This document shows positions 31,245 through 43,799 of a stretch of 64,000 bases of DNA, one piece after another. This DNA is from Escherichia coli. Lineage in GTDB: Bacteria; Pseudomonadota; Gammaproteobacteria; Enterobacterales; Enterobacteriaceae. Each line of letters starts with the position of its first letter. Positions within the stretch are counted from its first letter, which is position 1. Location of the stretch: assembly GCF_029227855.1 (NCBI RefSeq), contig NZ_CP074356.1. One strand, given 5' to 3'. The translations under genes and the position numbers were made by a program. Below the pieces are notes generated by a model, which had not been told where the DNA came from, ran no database searches, and saw only the letters and a list, made by a program, of their open reading frames with translations.

Positions 31245-32672
31245 ATGAACACCGCACTTGCACAACAAATCGCCAATGAAGGCGGCGTCGAAGCCTGGAT
31301 GATTGCGCAACAACATAAAAGCCTGCTGCGTTTTCTGACCTGTGGTAGCGTCGATGACGGCAAAAGTACCCTGATTGGTCGCCTGCTGCACGATACCCGC
31401 CAAATCTACGAAGATCAGCTCTCATCGCTGCATAACGACAGTAAACGTCACGGCACCCAGGGCGAAAAACTGGATCTGGCACTTCTGGTGGACGGCCTGC
31501 AAGCTGAGCGCGAACAGGGCATCACCATTGACGTGGCTTACCGTTATTTCTCTACCGAGAAGCGTAAATTTATTATCGCCGATACCCCAGGGCACGAGCA
31601 GTACACTCGCAATATGGCGACTGGCGCATCGACATGTGAACTGGCGATCTTACTGATCGATGCCCGTAAAGGCGTGCTCGATCAAACCCGTCGTCACAGT
31701 TTTATCTCCACACTGTTGGGGATCAAACATCTGGTCGTGGCGATCAACAAAATGGATCTGGTGGATTACAGTGAAGAGACGTTCACCCGTATTCGTGAAG
31801 ATTATCTGACCTTTGCCGGGCAGCTGCCGGGTAATCTGGATATCCGCTTTGTGCCGCTCTCCGCACTGGAAGGTGACAACGTGGCTTCGCAAAGTGAAAG
31901 TATGCCGTGGTACAGCGGTCCGACACTGCTCGAAGTGCTGGAAACCGTGGAGATCCAGCGAGTGGTGGATGCCCAGCCAATGCGCTTCCCGGTGCAGTAC
32001 GTTAATCGCCCGAATCTCGATTTTCGTGGCTACGCCGGAACGCTGGCATCCGGTCGAGTGGAAGTCGGGCAACGTGTCAAAGTGCTGCCCTCTGGTGTGG
32101 AATCAAACGTCGCGCGGATCGTGACTTTTGATGGCGATCGCGAAGAAGCCTTTGCCGGAGAAGCGATCACCCTGGTGCTGACGGATGAGATCGACATCAG
32201 CCGTGGCGATCTGCTGCTGGCGGCAGACGAAGCGTTACCGGCTGTGCAGAGCGCGTCGGTGGATGTGGTATGGATGGCGGAACAGCCGCTTTCCGCGGGC
32301 CAGAGTTATGACATCAAAATTGCCGGTAAGAAGACGCGTGCTCGTGTTGATGGTATTCGTTATCAGGTTGATATTAATAACCTTACCCAACGCGAAGTTG
32401 AAAACCTGCCGCTGAACGGCATCGGCCTGGTGGATCTCACTTTTGACGAGCCACTGGTGTTAGATCGTTATCAGCAAAATCCGGTTACCGGTGGGCTGAT
32501 TTTTATCGATCGCCTGAGCAATGTGACCGTGGGTGCCGGTATGGTGCACGAGCCAGTTAGCCAGGCAACTGCTGCGCCATCTGAATTCAGTGCATTTGAA
32601 CTGGAATTGAATGCCCTGGTTCGTCGCCACTTTCCGCACTGGGGCGCACGCGATTTGCTGGGGGATAAATAA
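31245..32672 (+). CDS. cysN: Sulfate adenylyltransferase subunit 1 (GTPase)
   Basis: 475-aa ORF with GTP-binding motifs ([18 protein letters not shown]). Confidence 0.95.
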   Translation: MNTALAQQIANEGGVEAWMIAQQHKSLLRFLTCGSVDDGKSTLIGRLLHDTRQIYEDQLSSLHNDSKRHGTQGEKLDLALLVDGLQAEREQGITIDVAYRYFSTEKRKFIIADTPGHEQYTRNMATGASTCELAILLIDARKGVLDQTRRHSFISTLLGIKHLVVAINKMDLVDYSEETFTRIREDYLTFAGQLPGNLDIRFVPLSALEGDNVASQSESMPWYSGPTLLEVLETVEIQRVVDAQPMRFPVQYVNRPNLDFRGYAGTLASGRVEVGQRVKVLPSGVESNVARIVTFDGDREEAFAGEAITLVLTDEIDISRGDLLLAADEALPAVQSASVDVVWMAEQPLSAGQSYDIKIAGKKTRARVDGIRYQVDINNLTQREVENLPLNGIGLVDLTFDEPLVLDRYQQNPVTGGLIFIDRLSNVTVGAGMVHEPVSQATAAPSEFSAFELELNALVRRHFPHWGARDLLGDK

Positions 32673-33277
32673 TGGCGCTGCATGACGAAAACGTCGTCTG
32701 GCATAGCCATCCAGTCACTGTACAACAACGCGAGCTACACCACGGTCATCGTGGTGTAGTGCTGTGGTTTACCGGCCTCTCCGGGTCCGGTAAATCAACG
32801 GTCGCCGGGGCGCTGGAGGAGGCATTACATAAACTCGGCGTCAGTACGTATCTGCTGGATGGCGACAATGTTCGCTACGGATTATGCAGCGATCTCGGTT
32901 TTAGCGATGCCGATCGTAAAGAGAATATCCGTCGCGTCGGTGAAGTGGCGAATTTGATGGTTGAAGCCGGACTGGTAGTGCTGACCGCATTTATCTCGCC
33001 ACACCGCGCCGAACGCCAGATGGTTCGCGAACGCGTAGGAGAAGGGCGCTTTATCGAAGTGTTTGTCGATACGCCGCTGGCGATTTGCGAAGCCCGCGAT
33101 CCAAAAGGCTTATATAAGAAAGCGCGTGCCGGTGAACTGCGCAACTTTACGGGAATAGATTCCGTTTACGAAGCGCCTGAATCGGCAGAAATTCATCTCA
33201 ATGGTGAACAATTAGTAACAAATTTGGTACAGCAATTATTAGATCTGTTGAGACAGAACGATATTATCAGATCCTGA
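32672..33277 (+). CDS. cysC: Adenylylsulfate (APS) kinase
   Basis: 201-aa ORF; P-loop GLSGSGKST; start overlaps cysN stop. Confidence 0.95.
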   Translation: MALHDENVVWHSHPVTVQQRELHHGHRGVVLWFTGLSGSGKSTVAGALEEALHKLGVSTYLLDGDNVRYGLCSDLGFSDADRKENIRRVGEVANLMVEAGLVVLTAFISPHRAERQMVRERVGEGRFIEVFVDTPLAICEARDPKGLYKKARAGELRNFTGIDSVYEAPESAEIHLNGEQLVTNLVQQLLDLLRQNDIIRS

Positions 33278-33326
33278 GACACCACCGGGTTTCCATGCCC
33301 GGTTCGTCAAAGTAACAGGATCAAAT

Positions 33327-33650
33327 ATGCGTAATAGCCATAACATTACACTAACAAATAACGACAGCCTTACTGAGGATGAAGAAACCACATGGTCACT
33401 GCCTGGTGCCGTGGTCGGTTTTATCTCCTGGTTATTTGCGCTGGCGATGCCGATGTTGATTTATGGCTCTAACACGCTGTTCTTCTTTATCTACACCTGG
33501 CCTTTCTTTCTGGCGCTGATGCCCGTCGCGGTAGTGGTGGGGATTGCGCTGCATTCATTGATGGACGGAAAGCTACGCTACAGTATTGTTTTCACCCTGG
33601 TGACAGTAGGCATTATGTTTGGCGCACTGTTTATGTGGCTACTGGGCTAA
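33327..33650 (+). CDS. ygbE: Small inner-membrane protein (DUF3561-like)
   Basis: 107-aa hydrophobic ORF MRNSHNITLTNNDSLTEDEETTWSLPGAVVGFISWLFALAMPM...; K-12 synteny. Confidence 0.8.
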   Translation: MRNSHNITLTNNDSLTEDEETTWSLPGAVVGFISWLFALAMPMLIYGSNTLFFFIYTWPFFLALMPVAVVVGIALHSLMDGKLRYSIVFTLVTVGIMFGALFMWLLG

Positions 33651-33843
33651 TTTGTACTTTCCCGTCTCCTCTGTTCATAATTCAAACCGTAACTAATAAT
33701 GAGATTATGTTCTGCACGCCCTGGGTATACGTAACAATGGACAAATGTGGTACATTTGCCCGCGTTGTCGCGGTATCCCCAACAGAGGATGTAGAGTCGT
33801 CTTCGGATGCATGGGATGATGATGCCGTTTTTCAGGGGGCAGG

Positions 33844-34155
33844 ATGGGTAAACTAACGCTGCTGTTGCTGGCTATTCTGGTCTGGCTACAGTATTCGCTG
33901 TGGTTCGGTAAGAACGGTATACATGACTATACCCGCGTCAATGATGATGTGGCGGCACAGCAAGCTACAAACGCGAAACTTAAAGCGCGAAACGATCAAC
34001 TTTTTGCCGAAATTGACGATCTCAATGGCGGCCAGGAGGCGCTCGAAGAGCGTGCGCGTAATGAACTCAGCATGACCAGGCCGGGCGAAACTTTTTATCG
34101 TCTGGTGCCTGACGCGTCGAAGCGCGCACAGTCTGCGGGGCAAAACAATCGATAA
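33844..34155 (+). CDS. ftsB: Cell division protein FtsB
   Basis: 103-aa [63 protein letters not shown]...; TM helix plus coiled coil. Confidence 0.9.
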
Positions 34156-34173
34156 ATCAGCCCAGGAATTAAC

Positions 34174-34884
34174 ATGGCAACCACTCATTTGGATGTTTGC
34201 GCCGTGGTTCCGGCGGCCGGATTTGGCCGTCGAATGCAAACGGAATGTCCTAAGCAATATCTCTCAATCGGTAATCAAACCATTCTTGAACACTCGGTGC
34301 ATGCGCTGCTGGCGCATCCCCGGGTGAAACATGTCGTCATTGCCATAAGTCCTGGCGATAGCCGTTTTGCACAACTTCCTCTGGCGAATCATCCGCAAAT
34401 CACCGTTGTAGATGGCGGTGATGAGCGTGCCGATTCCGTGCTGGCAGGTCTGAAAGCCGCTGGCGACGCGCAGTGGGTATTGGTGCATGACGCCGCTCGT
34501 CCTTGTCTGCATCAGGATGACCTCGCGCGATTGTTGACGTTGAGCGAAACCAGCCGCACGGGGGGGATCCTCGCCGCACCAGTGCGCGATACTATGAAAC
34601 GTGCCGAACCGGGCAAAAATGCCATTGCTCATACCGTTGATCGCAACGGCTTATGGCACGCGCTGACGCCGCAATTTTTCCCTCGTGAGCTGTTACATGA
34701 CTGTCTGACGCGCGCTCTAAATGAAGGCGCGACTATTACCGACGAAGCCTCGGCGCTGGAATATTGCGGATTTCATCCGCAGTTGGTCGAAGGCCGCGCG
34801 GATAACATTAAAGTCACGCGCCCGGAAGATTTGGCACTGGCCGAGTTTTACCTCACCCGAACCATCCATCAGGAGAATACATAA
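34174..34884 (+). CDS. ispD: 2-C-methyl-D-erythritol 4-phosphate cytidylyltransferase
   Basis: 236-aa [44 protein letters not shown]... Confidence 0.95.
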
Positions 34885-35363
34885 TGCGAATTGGACACGG
34901 TTTTGACGTACACGCCTTTGGCGGTGAAGGCCCAATTATCATTGGTGGCGTACGCATTCCTTACGAAAAAGGATTGCTGGCGCATTCTGATGGCGACGTG
35001 GCGCTCCATGCGTTGACCGATGCATTGCTTGGCGCGGCGGCGCTGGGGGATATCGGCAAGCTGTTCCCGGATACCGATCCGGCATTTAAAGGTGCCGACA
35101 GCCGCGAGCTGCTACGCGAAGCCTGGCGTCGTATTCAGGCGAAGGGTTATACCCTGGGCAACGTCGATGTCACTATCATCGCTCAGGCACCGAAGATGTT
35201 GCCGCACATTCCACAAATGCGCGTGTTTATTGCCGAAGATCTCGGCTGCCATATGGATGATGTTAACGTGAAAGCCACTACTACGGAAAAACTGGGATTT
35301 ACCGGACGTGGGGAAGGGATTGCCTGTGAAGCGGTGGCGCTACTCATTAAGGCAACAAAATGA
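34884..35363 (+). CDS. ispF: 2-C-methyl-D-erythritol 2,4-cyclodiphosphate synthase
   Basis: 159-aa [47 protein letters not shown]... Confidence 0.95.
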
Positions 35364-36389
35364 TTGAGTTTGATAATCTCACTTACCTCCACGGTAAACC
35401 GCAAGGCACCGGGCTGCTGAAAGCCAATCCGGAAGACTTTGTGGTGGTGGAAGATTTGGGCTTTGAGCCTGATGGTGAAGGTGAGCATATTCTGGTTAGA
35501 ATCCTCAAAAACGGCTGCAATACCCGTTTTGTGGCGGATGCACTGGCGAAATTCCTGAAAATTCATGCCCGTGAAGTCAGCTTCGCTGGGCAAAAAGACA
35601 AACATGCTGTTACGGAACAGTGGTTATGCGCTCGCGTGCCGGGCAAGGAAATGCCCGATCTGAGCGCCTTTCAACTGGAAGGCTGCCAGGTGCTGGAGTA
35701 TGCGCGGCACAAGCGCAAGCTGCGTTTAGGCGCGCTGAAAGGTAACGCCTTTACCCTGGTTCTGCGCGAAGTGAGCAATCGCGATGACGTTGAACAACGT
35801 CTGATCGATATTTGCGTAAAAGGCGTGCCTAACTATTTTGGTGCCCAACGTTTTGGGATTGGCGGTAGCAACTTGCAGGGCGCGCTGCGCTGGGCGCAAA
35901 CCAATACTCCGGTGCGCGATCGCAATAAACGGAGTTTTTGGTTGTCGGCAGCCCGCAGTGCGTTGTTTAATCAGATTGTTGCTGAGCGCCTCAAAAAAGC
36001 AGACGTTAATCAAGTTGTTGACGGCGATGCGCTACAATTAGCCGGACGTGGTAGCTGGTTTGTCGCAACCACCGAAGAACTGGCGGAATTACAGCGTCGC
36101 GTCAACGATAAAGAGCTGATGATAACCGCCGCATTGCCGGGCAGTGGCGAATGGGGAACTCAGCGTGAAGCGTTGGCATTCGAACAAGCAGCTGTCGCCG
36201 CAGAAACTGAATTACAAGCCTTACTGGTGCGCGAAAAAGTTGAAGCCGCGCGCAGAGCGATGCTGCTGTATCCGCAACAATTAAGCTGGAACTGGTGGGA
36301 TGACGTCACCGTAGAAATCCGTTTCTGGCTTCCGGCGGGAAGTTTTGCAACCAGCGTTGTCAGGGAACTTATCAACACAACAGGTGATT

Positions 36390-36409
<20 letters not shown>
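35360..36409 (+). CDS. truD: tRNA pseudouridine(13) synthase
   Basis: 349-aa [51 protein letters not shown]... Confidence 0.9.
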
Positions 36410-37771
<1,362 letters not shown>

Positions 37772-37910
37772 AACGTGAGGAAATACCTGGATTTTTCCTG
37801 GTTATTTTGCCGCAGGTCAGCGTATCGTGAACATCTTTTCCAGTGTTCAGTATGGTGCCTTGCACGGTAATTATGTCACTGGTTATTAACCAATTTTTCC
37901 TGGGGGATAA

Positions 37911-39050
37911 ATGAGCGCGGGAAGCCCAAAATTCACCGTTCGCCGCATTGCGGCTTTGTCACTGGTTTCGCTATGGCTGGCAGGCTGTTCTGACACTTCA
38001 AATCCACCGGCCCCGGTCAGCTCCGTTAATGGCAATGCGCCTGCAAATACCAATTCTGGTATGTTGATTACGCCGCCGCCGAAAATGGGGACGACGTCTA
38101 CAGCTCAGCAACCGCAAATTCAGCCGGTACAGCAGCCACAAATTCAGGCAACTCAACAACCGCAAATCCAGCCGGTGCAGCCAGTAGCTCAGCAGCCGGT
38201 ACAGATGGAAAACGGACGCATCGTCTATAACCGTCAGTATGGGAACATTCCGAAAGGCAGTTATAGCGGCAGTACCTATACCGTGAAAAAAGGCGACACA
38301 CTTTTCTATATCGCCTGGATTACTGGCAACGATTTCCGTGACCTTGCTCAGCGCAACAATATTCAGGCACCATACGCGCTGAACGTTGGTCAGACCTTGC
38401 AGGTGGGTAATGCTTCCGGTACGCCAATCACTGGCGGAAATGCCATTACCCAGGCCGACGCAGCAGAGCAAGGAGTTGTGATCAAGCCTGCACAAAATTC
38501 CACCGTTGCTGTTGCGTCGCAACCGACAATTACGTATTCTGAGTCTTCGGGTGAACAGAGTGCTAACAAAATGTTGCCGAACAACAAGCCAACTGCGACC
38601 ACGGTCACAGCGCCTGTAACGGTACCAACAGCAAGCACAACCGAGCCGACTGTCAGCAGTACATCAACCAGTACGCCTATCTCCACCTGGCGCTGGCCGA
38701 CTGAGGGCAAAGTGATCGAAACCTTTGGCGCTTCTGAGGGGGGCAACAAGGGGATTGATATCGCAGGCAGCAAAGGACAGGCAATTATCGCGACCGCAGA
38801 TGGCCGCGTTGTTTATGCCGGTAACGCGCTGCGCGGCTACGGTAATCTGATTATCATCAAACATAATGATGATTACCTGAGTGCCTACGCCCATAACGAC
38901 ACAATGCTGGTCCGGGAACAACAAGAAGTGAAGGCGGGGCAAAAAATAGCAACCATGGGTAGCACCGGAACCAGTTCAACACGCTTGCATTTTGAAATTC
39001 GTTACAAGGGGAAATCCGTAAACCCGCTGCGTTATTTGCCGCAGCGATAA
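37911..39050 (+). CDS. nlpD: Murein hydrolase activator lipoprotein NlpD (LysM + M23 peptidase-like)
   Basis: 379-aa ORF with lipoprotein signal (LWLAGCSD), Q/P-rich repeats, LysM and M23-like C-terminal domain; its 3' part is expected to hold the main rpoS promoter (established knowledge, not read directly). Confidence 0.9.
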   Translation: MSAGSPKFTVRRIAALSLVSLWLAGCSDTSNPPAPVSSVNGNAPANTNSGMLITPPPKMGTTSTAQQPQIQPVQQPQIQATQQPQIQPVQPVAQQPVQMENGRIVYNRQYGNIPKGSYSGSTYTVKKGDTLFYIAWITGNDFRDLAQRNNIQAPYALNVGQTLQVGNASGTPITGGNAITQADAAEQGVVIKPAQNSTVAVASQPTITYSESSGEQSANKMLPNNKPTATTVTAPVTVPTASTTEPTVSSTSTSTPISTWRWPTEGKVIETFGASEGGNKGIDIAGSKGQAIIATADGRVVYAGNALRGYGNLIIIKHNDDYLSAYAHNDTMLVREQQEVKAGQKIATMGSTGTSSTRLHFEIRYKGKSVNPLRYLPQR

Positions 39051-39112
39051 ATCGGCGGAACCAGGCTTTTGCTTGAATGTTCCGTCAAGGGATCACGGGT
39101 AGGAGCCACCTT

Positions 39113-40105
39113 ATGAGTCAGAATACGCTGAAAGTTCATGATTTAAATGAAGATGCGGAATTTGATGAGAACGGAGTTGAGGTTTTTGACGAAAAGGCCT
39201 TAGTAGAAGAGGAACCCAGTGATAACGATTTGGCCGAAGAGGAACTGTTATCGCAGGGAGCCACACAGCGTGTGCTGGACGCGACTCAGCTTTACCTTGG
39301 TGAGATTGGTTATTCACCACTGTTAACGGCCGAAGAAGAAGTTTATTTTGCGCGTCGCGCACTGCGTGGAGATGTTGCCTCCCGCCGCCGGATGATCGAG
39401 AGTAACTTGCGTCTGGTGGTAAAAATTGCCCGCCGTTATGGCAATCGTGGTCTGGCGTTGCTGGACCTGATCGAAGAGGGCAACCTGGGGCTGATCCGCG
39501 CGGTAGAGAAGTTTGACCCGGAACGTGGTTTCCGCTTCTCAACATACGCAACCTGGTGGATTCGCCAGACGATCGAACGGGCGATTATGAACCAAACCCG
39601 TACTATTCGTTTGCCTATTCACATCGTAAAGGAGCTGAACGTTTACCTGCGAACCGCACGCGAGTTGTCCCATAAACTGGACCACGAACCAAGTGCGGAA
39701 GAGATCGCAGAGCAACTGGATAAGCCAGTTGATGACGTCAGCCGTATGCTTCGTCTTAACGAGCGCATTACCTCGGTAGACACCCCGCTGGGTGGTGATT
39801 CCGAAAAAGCGTTGCTGGACATCCTGGCCGATGAAAAAGAGAACGGTCCGGAAGATACCACGCAAGATGACGATATGAAGCAGAGCATCGTCAAATGGCT
39901 GTTCGAGCTGAACGCCAAACAGCGTGAAGTACTGGCACGTCGATTCGGTTTGCTGGGGTACGAAGCGGCAACACTGGAAGATGTAGGTCGTGAAATTGGC
40001 CTCACCCGTGAACGTGTTCGCCAGATTCAGGTTGAAGGCCTGCGCCGTTTGCGCGAAATCCTGCAAACGCAGGGGCTGAATATCGAAGCGCTGTTCCGCG
40101 AGTAA
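39113..40105 (+). CDS. rpoS: RNA polymerase sigma factor RpoS (sigma-38), apparently intact
   Basis: Track ORF 39077-40105; start at [40 protein letters not shown]... (330 aa); sigma-70 family regions 2-4; no internal stop. Confidence 0.95.
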   Translation: MSQNTLKVHDLNEDAEFDENGVEVFDEKALVEEEPSDNDLAEEELLSQGATQRVLDATQLYLGEIGYSPLLTAEEEVYFARRALRGDVASRRRMIESNLRLVVKIARRYGNRGLALLDLIEEGNLGLIRAVEKFDPERGFRFSTYATWWIRQTIERAIMNQTRTIRLPIHIVKELNVYLRTARELSHKLDHEPSAEEIAEQLDKPVDDVSRMLRLNERITSVDTPLGGDSEKALLDILADEKENGPEDTTQDDDMKQSIVKWLFELNAKQREVLARRFGLLGYEAATLEDVGREIGLTRERVRQIQVEGLRRLREILQTQGLNIEALFRE

Positions 40106-40120
40106 GTAAGCATCTGTCAG

Positions 40121-40153
40121 AAAGGCCAGTCTCAAGCGAGGCTGGCCTTTTTG
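40121..40153 (+). terminator. Rho-independent terminator of rpoS
   Basis: Stem AGGCCAG...CTGGCCT (40123-40129 / 40142-40148) followed by TTTTTG, 16 bp after the rpoS stop. Confidence 0.6.
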
Positions 40154-40154
40154 T

Positions 40155-40875
40155 TGTGCACAGAAAACCCCCAGCTAGGCTGGGGGTTCCGGAAAGCTTT
40201 CAGCTTTAAGCCAGTTATTAAAACCCCTTTTGATTTGTTAAAACACCTTGCGGTCTGGCAACTGCAAGTGTCAAACAAGAAATCAAAAGGGGGTCCCAAT
40301 GGGGAACGAAAAGAGCTTAGCGCACACCCGATGGAACTGTAAATATCACATAGTTTTTGCGCCAAAATACCGAAGACAGGTGTTCTACAGAGAGAAGCGT
40401 AGAGCAATAGGCAGTATTTTGAGAAAGCTGTGTGAGTGGAAAAGTGTACGGATTCTGGAAGCTGAATGCTGTGCAGATCATATCCATATGCTTGTGGAGA
40501 TCCCGCCCAAAATGAGCGTATCCGGCTTTATGGGATATCTGAAAGGGAAAAGCAGTCTGATGCTTTACGAGCAGTTTGGTGATTTGAAATTCAAATACAG
40601 GAACAGGGAGTTCTGGTGCAGAGGGTACTACGTCGATACGGTGGGTAAGAACACGGCGAAGATACAGGATTACATAAAGCACCAGCTTGAAGAGGATAAA
40701 ATGGGAGAGCAGTTATCGATTCCCTATCCGGGCAGCCCGTTTACGGGCCGTAAGTAACGAAGTTGGATGCAAATGTCAGATCGTGTGCGCCTGTTAGGGC
40801 GCGGCTGGTAAGAGAGCCTTATAGGCGCATTTGAAAAACCTCCGGCTATGCCGGAGGATATTTATTTCTTTTGGT
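40155..40875 (+). mobile_element. IS200-family insertion sequence (IS200/IS605 family); ends approximate
   Basis: About 0.7 kb unit with a left-end hairpin (CCCCCAGCTAGGCTGGGGG, ~40166-40188), a single Y1-transposase gene, and a right-end hairpin CCTCCGGCTATGCCGGAGG (~40838-40856) followed by a T-rich run; IS200 lacks terminal inverted repeats, so ends are estimated. Confidence 0.6.
40299..40757 (+). CDS. tnpA: IS200 transposase TnpA (HuH Y1 transposase)
   Basis: Track ORF 40248-40757; start at MGNEKSLAHTRWNCKYHIVFAPKYRRQVFY... (152 aa); HxH motif (ADHIHMLVEIPP); near-identical to recalled Salmonella IS200 TnpA. Confidence 0.85.
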   Translation: MGNEKSLAHTRWNCKYHIVFAPKYRRQVFYREKRRAIGSILRKLCEWKSVRILEAECCADHIHMLVEIPPKMSVSGFMGYLKGKSSLMLYEQFGDLKFKYRNREFWCRGYYVDTVGKNTAKIQDYIKHQLEEDKMGEQLSIPYPGSPFTGRK

Positions 40876-40939
40876 TGGGGAGCCGGTGTGTTTGTGGGCT
40901 GGATAAGCCGCGATAGCGTCTCATCCGGCAATTTGCACC

Positions 40940-41347
40940 CTATGTGTTCATCATCTTGCGCACTAGCTGCATAAACAGCTCCTGCTCTTCTCCACTCAAA
41001 CGCCCCAAAAATTCCTCATCCACGCTGTCACCTATCGGTATCGCCGCAGCAAGTATCTTTTCGCCTTCGGCAGTCAGCCAGACAAAGCGTCGCCGCTTGT
41101 CAGCGGCGTCATGTTCACGTCTGACTAAGCCACGATTTTCCATTCTTGCCAACATTTCTGCCAGCGTTGCTTTGGTGCTGACGGCTGCTTCTATCAGTGC
41201 CACCTGTTCGATACCAGGCTTATCAGCAATGGCGCGCATCACCGCGTACTGTGGTTTGGTCAGGTCAGGTAACTCGTGCTGCCAGCGGGCCGTGTGTTGC
41301 TGAAAAAGCTGTCGTAACTGATGGAACGCTTTATTTCGTAACGCCAT
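40940..41347 (-). CDS. MarR-family transcriptional regulator
   Basis: 135-aa ORF MALRNKAFHQLRQLFQQHTARWQHELPDLTKPQYAVMRAIADKPGIEQVALIEAAVSTKATLAEMLARMENRGLVRRE...; winged-helix MarR pattern; divergent from the decarboxylase operon. Confidence 0.75.
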   Translation of the reverse strand: MALRNKAFHQLRQLFQQHTARWQHELPDLTKPQYAVMRAIADKPGIEQVALIEAAVSTKATLAEMLARMENRGLVRREHDAADKRRRFVWLTAEGEKILAAAIPIGDSVDEEFLGRLSGEEQELFMQLVRKMMNT

Positions 41348-41462
41348 GTAAACTCCGGGCTAATTCTCTGTCGCTATCATAGCGGTTTTTCAGTGACGAA
41401 GAAGATGTTGTTACTTTTCAATCCTTGCCGCTGTGGAAATGAAGGAGTATGTTAATAATAAC

Positions 41463-41476
41463 GTTCGTATACGAAC
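41463..41476. promoter_or_regulatory. Perfect 14-bp palindrome GTTCGTATACGAAC, candidate operator for the MarR-family regulator
   Basis: Perfect dyad 17 bp upstream of the UbiX-like gene ATG, in the divergent intergenic region. Confidence 0.4.
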
Positions 41477-41493
41477 AATTAAGAGAGTAAGCA

Positions 41494-42087
41494 ATGAAAC
41501 TGATCGTCGGGATGACAGGGGCTACCGGTGCGCCTCTTGGTGTGGCATTACTGCAAGCGCTGCGGGAGATGCCGAATGTCGAGACTCATCTGGTGATGTC
41601 GAAGTGGGCGAAAACCACTATTGAACTGGAAACGCCTTACAGCGCTCGCGATGTTGCCGCCCTCGCAGACTTCAGCCATAACCCGGCGGATCAGGCGGCG
41701 ACCATCTCCTCAGGTTCCTTTCGTACCGACGGCATGATCGTTATTCCGTGCAGTATGAAAACGCTCGCCGGTATCCGTGCCGGTTACGCCGATGGCCTGG
41801 TAGGGCGCGCGGCGGACGTCGTGCTCAAAGAAGGCCGCAAACTAGTGCTGGTGCCGCGTGAAATGCCGCTTAGCACCATCCATCTCGAAAATATGCTCGC
41901 ACTTTCACGCATGGGCGTGGCGATGGTGCCGCCGATGCCTGCCTTTTATAACCATCCCGAAACGGTAGATGACATTGTCCACCACGTGGTAGCCCGCGTG
42001 CTGGATCAATTTGGCCTCGAACATCCCCACGCCAGGCGCTGGCAAGAATTGCCGCAGGTCCGGAATTTTTCTCAGGAGAATGAATAA
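41494..42087 (+). CDS. UbiX-like flavin prenyltransferase (decarboxylase subunit B; Pad1/KpdB/EcdB type)
   Basis: 197-aa ORF MKLIVGMTGATGAPLGVALLQALREMPNVETHLVMSKWAKTTIELE... Confidence 0.85.
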   Translation: MKLIVGMTGATGAPLGVALLQALREMPNVETHLVMSKWAKTTIELETPYSARDVAALADFSHNPADQAATISSGSFRTDGMIVIPCSMKTLAGIRAGYADGLVGRAADVVLKEGRKLVLVPREMPLSTIHLENMLALSRMGVAMVPPMPAFYNHPETVDDIVHHVVARVLDQFGLEHPHARRWQELPQVRNFSQENE

Positions 42088-43514
42088 TGGCATTTGATAA
42101 TTTACGCAGCTTTTTACAGGCGCTTGATGACCACGGCCAGTTACTGAAAATCAGCGAAGAGGTGAACGCGGAACCGGATCTGGCAGCAGCAGCTAACGCC
42201 ACCGGGCGTATCGGCGACGGCGCGCCCGCGCTGTGGTTTGACAATATTCGCGGCTTTACCGATGCCCGTGTGGCGATGAATACCATCGGTTCCTGGCAGA
42301 ACCACGCGATTTCCCTCGGCCTGCCGCCAAACACCCCGGTCAAAAAGCAGATTGATGAGTTTATCCGCCGCTGGGATAACTTCCCCATTGCCCCGGAGCG
42401 CCGCGCCAATCCAGCCTGGGCGCAGAACACCGTCGATGGCGACGAGATCAACCTGTTCGATATCCTGCCGCTGTTTCGTTTAAACGATGGCGATGGCGGT
42501 TTCTATCTCGACAAAGCGTGCGTGGTTTCCCGCGATCCGCTCGACCCGGATAACTTCGGCAAGCAGAACGTCGGTATCTATCGTATGGAAGTGAAGGGCA
42601 AACGTAAGCTCGGCCTGCAACCGGTGCCGATGCACGATATCGCCCTGCATCTGCATAAAGCGGAAGAACGCGGTGAAGATCTGCCGATTGCCATCACCTT
42701 GGGTAACGATCCGATCATCACGCTGATGGGGGCCACGCCGCTGAAATATGATCAGTCCGAGTATGAAATGGCAGGCGCGCTGCGCGAAAGCCCGTACCCG
42801 ATCGCCACCGCCCCGCTGACCGGTTTTGATGTGCCGTGGGGCTCGGAAGTGATCCTCGAAGGGGTCATCGAAAGCCGTAAACGCGAAATCGAAGGGCCGT
42901 TCGGTGAGTTTACCGGGCACTACTCCGGCGGGCGTAACATGACCGTGGTGCGTATCGATAAAGTCTCTTACCGCACCAGGCCGATTTTCGAATCGCTGTA
43001 CCTCGGCATGCCGTGGACAGAAATCGACTACCTGATGGGGCCAGCCACCTGCGTGCCGCTGTATCAGCAACTGAAAGCCGAGTTCCCGGAAGTGCAGGCG
43101 GTGAACGCCATGTACACCCACGGCCTGCTGGCGATTATCTCCACCAAAAAACGCTACGGTGGCTTTGCCCGCGCGGTGGGCCTGCGTGCGATGACCACGC
43201 CACACGGTCTGGGCTACGTGAAGATGGTGATTATGGTCGATGAAGACGTTGATCCGTTCAACCTGCCGCAGGTGATGTGGGCGCTCTCTTCGAAAGTGAA
43301 CCCGGCAGGGGATTTGGTGCAGTTGCCGAATATGTCCGTGCTGGAACTCGACCCTGGCTCAAGCCCGGCCGGTATCACCGACAAGCTGATTATCGACGCC
43401 ACCACGCCTGTCGCCCCGGACAACCGTGGTCACTACAGCCAGCCGGTGGTGGATTTACCGGAAACCAAAGCCTGGGCTGAAAAACTGACCGCTATGCTGG
43501 CCGCACGTAAATAA
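42087..43514 (+). CDS. UbiD-family non-oxidative aromatic acid decarboxylase (subunit C)
   Basis: 475-aa ORF MAFDNLRSFLQALDDHGQLLKISEEVNAEPDLAAAANATGR...; UbiD family by recalled similarity. Confidence 0.85.
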   Translation: MAFDNLRSFLQALDDHGQLLKISEEVNAEPDLAAAANATGRIGDGAPALWFDNIRGFTDARVAMNTIGSWQNHAISLGLPPNTPVKKQIDEFIRRWDNFPIAPERRANPAWAQNTVDGDEINLFDILPLFRLNDGDGGFYLDKACVVSRDPLDPDNFGKQNVGIYRMEVKGKRKLGLQPVPMHDIALHLHKAEERGEDLPIAITLGNDPIITLMGATPLKYDQSEYEMAGALRESPYPIATAPLTGFDVPWGSEVILEGVIESRKREIEGPFGEFTGHYSGGRNMTVVRIDKVSYRTRPIFESLYLGMPWTEIDYLMGPATCVPLYQQLKAEFPEVQAVNAMYTHGLLAIISTKKRYGGFARAVGLRAMTTPHGLGYVKMVIMVDEDVDPFNLPQVMWALSSKVNPAGDLVQLPNMSVLELDPGSSPAGITDKLIIDATTPVAPDNRGHYSQPVVDLPETKAWAEKLTAMLAARK

Positions 43515-43524
43515 GGAGAACAAG

Positions 43525-43761
43525 ATGATTTGTCCACGTTGTGCCGATGAACAGATTGAAGTGATGGCGAAATCGCCGGTAAAAGATGTCTGGACGGTCT
43601 ACCAGTGCCAGCATTGCCTCTATACCTGGCGCGATACCGAACCGCTACGCCGCACCAGCCGCGAACATTACCCGGAAGCGTTTCGTATGACGCAGAAAGA
43701 CATTGATGACGCGCCAATGGTGCCGAGCATTCCGCCGCTGCTGGCGGAAGGTAAGCGCTAA
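43525..43761 (+). CDS. Decarboxylase small subunit D (zinc-ribbon-like, four Cys)
   Basis: 78-aa ORF MICPRCADEQIEVMAKSPVKDVWTVYQCQHCLYTWRD... with CxxC...CxxC; third gene of the B-C-D operon, 10 bp after subunit C. Confidence 0.7.
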   Translation: MICPRCADEQIEVMAKSPVKDVWTVYQCQHCLYTWRDTEPLRRTSREHYPEAFRMTQKDIDDAPMVPSIPPLLAEGKR

Positions 43762-43763
43762 AT

Positions 43764-43795
43764 AAAAGGTCCGATGCCCATCGGACCTTTTTATT
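43764..43795. terminator. Bidirectional hairpin terminator between convergent decarboxylase operon and ygbN
   Basis: AAAAGGTCCGATG...CATCGGACCTTTTT: GC-rich hairpin flanked by A-run and T-run. Confidence 0.5.
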
Positions 43796-43799
43796 AAGG

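Noticed and set aside
33635-33856. ORF 33635-33856 (+), 73 aa, between ygbE and ftsB
   Set aside because: Overlaps the ygbE stop and the ftsB start region with no RBS; likely the ftsB promoter/leader.
42480-43205. Antisense ORF 42480-43205 (-), 241 aa
   Set aside because: Inside the UbiD-like decarboxylase gene on the opposite strand; composition typical of antisense read-through.
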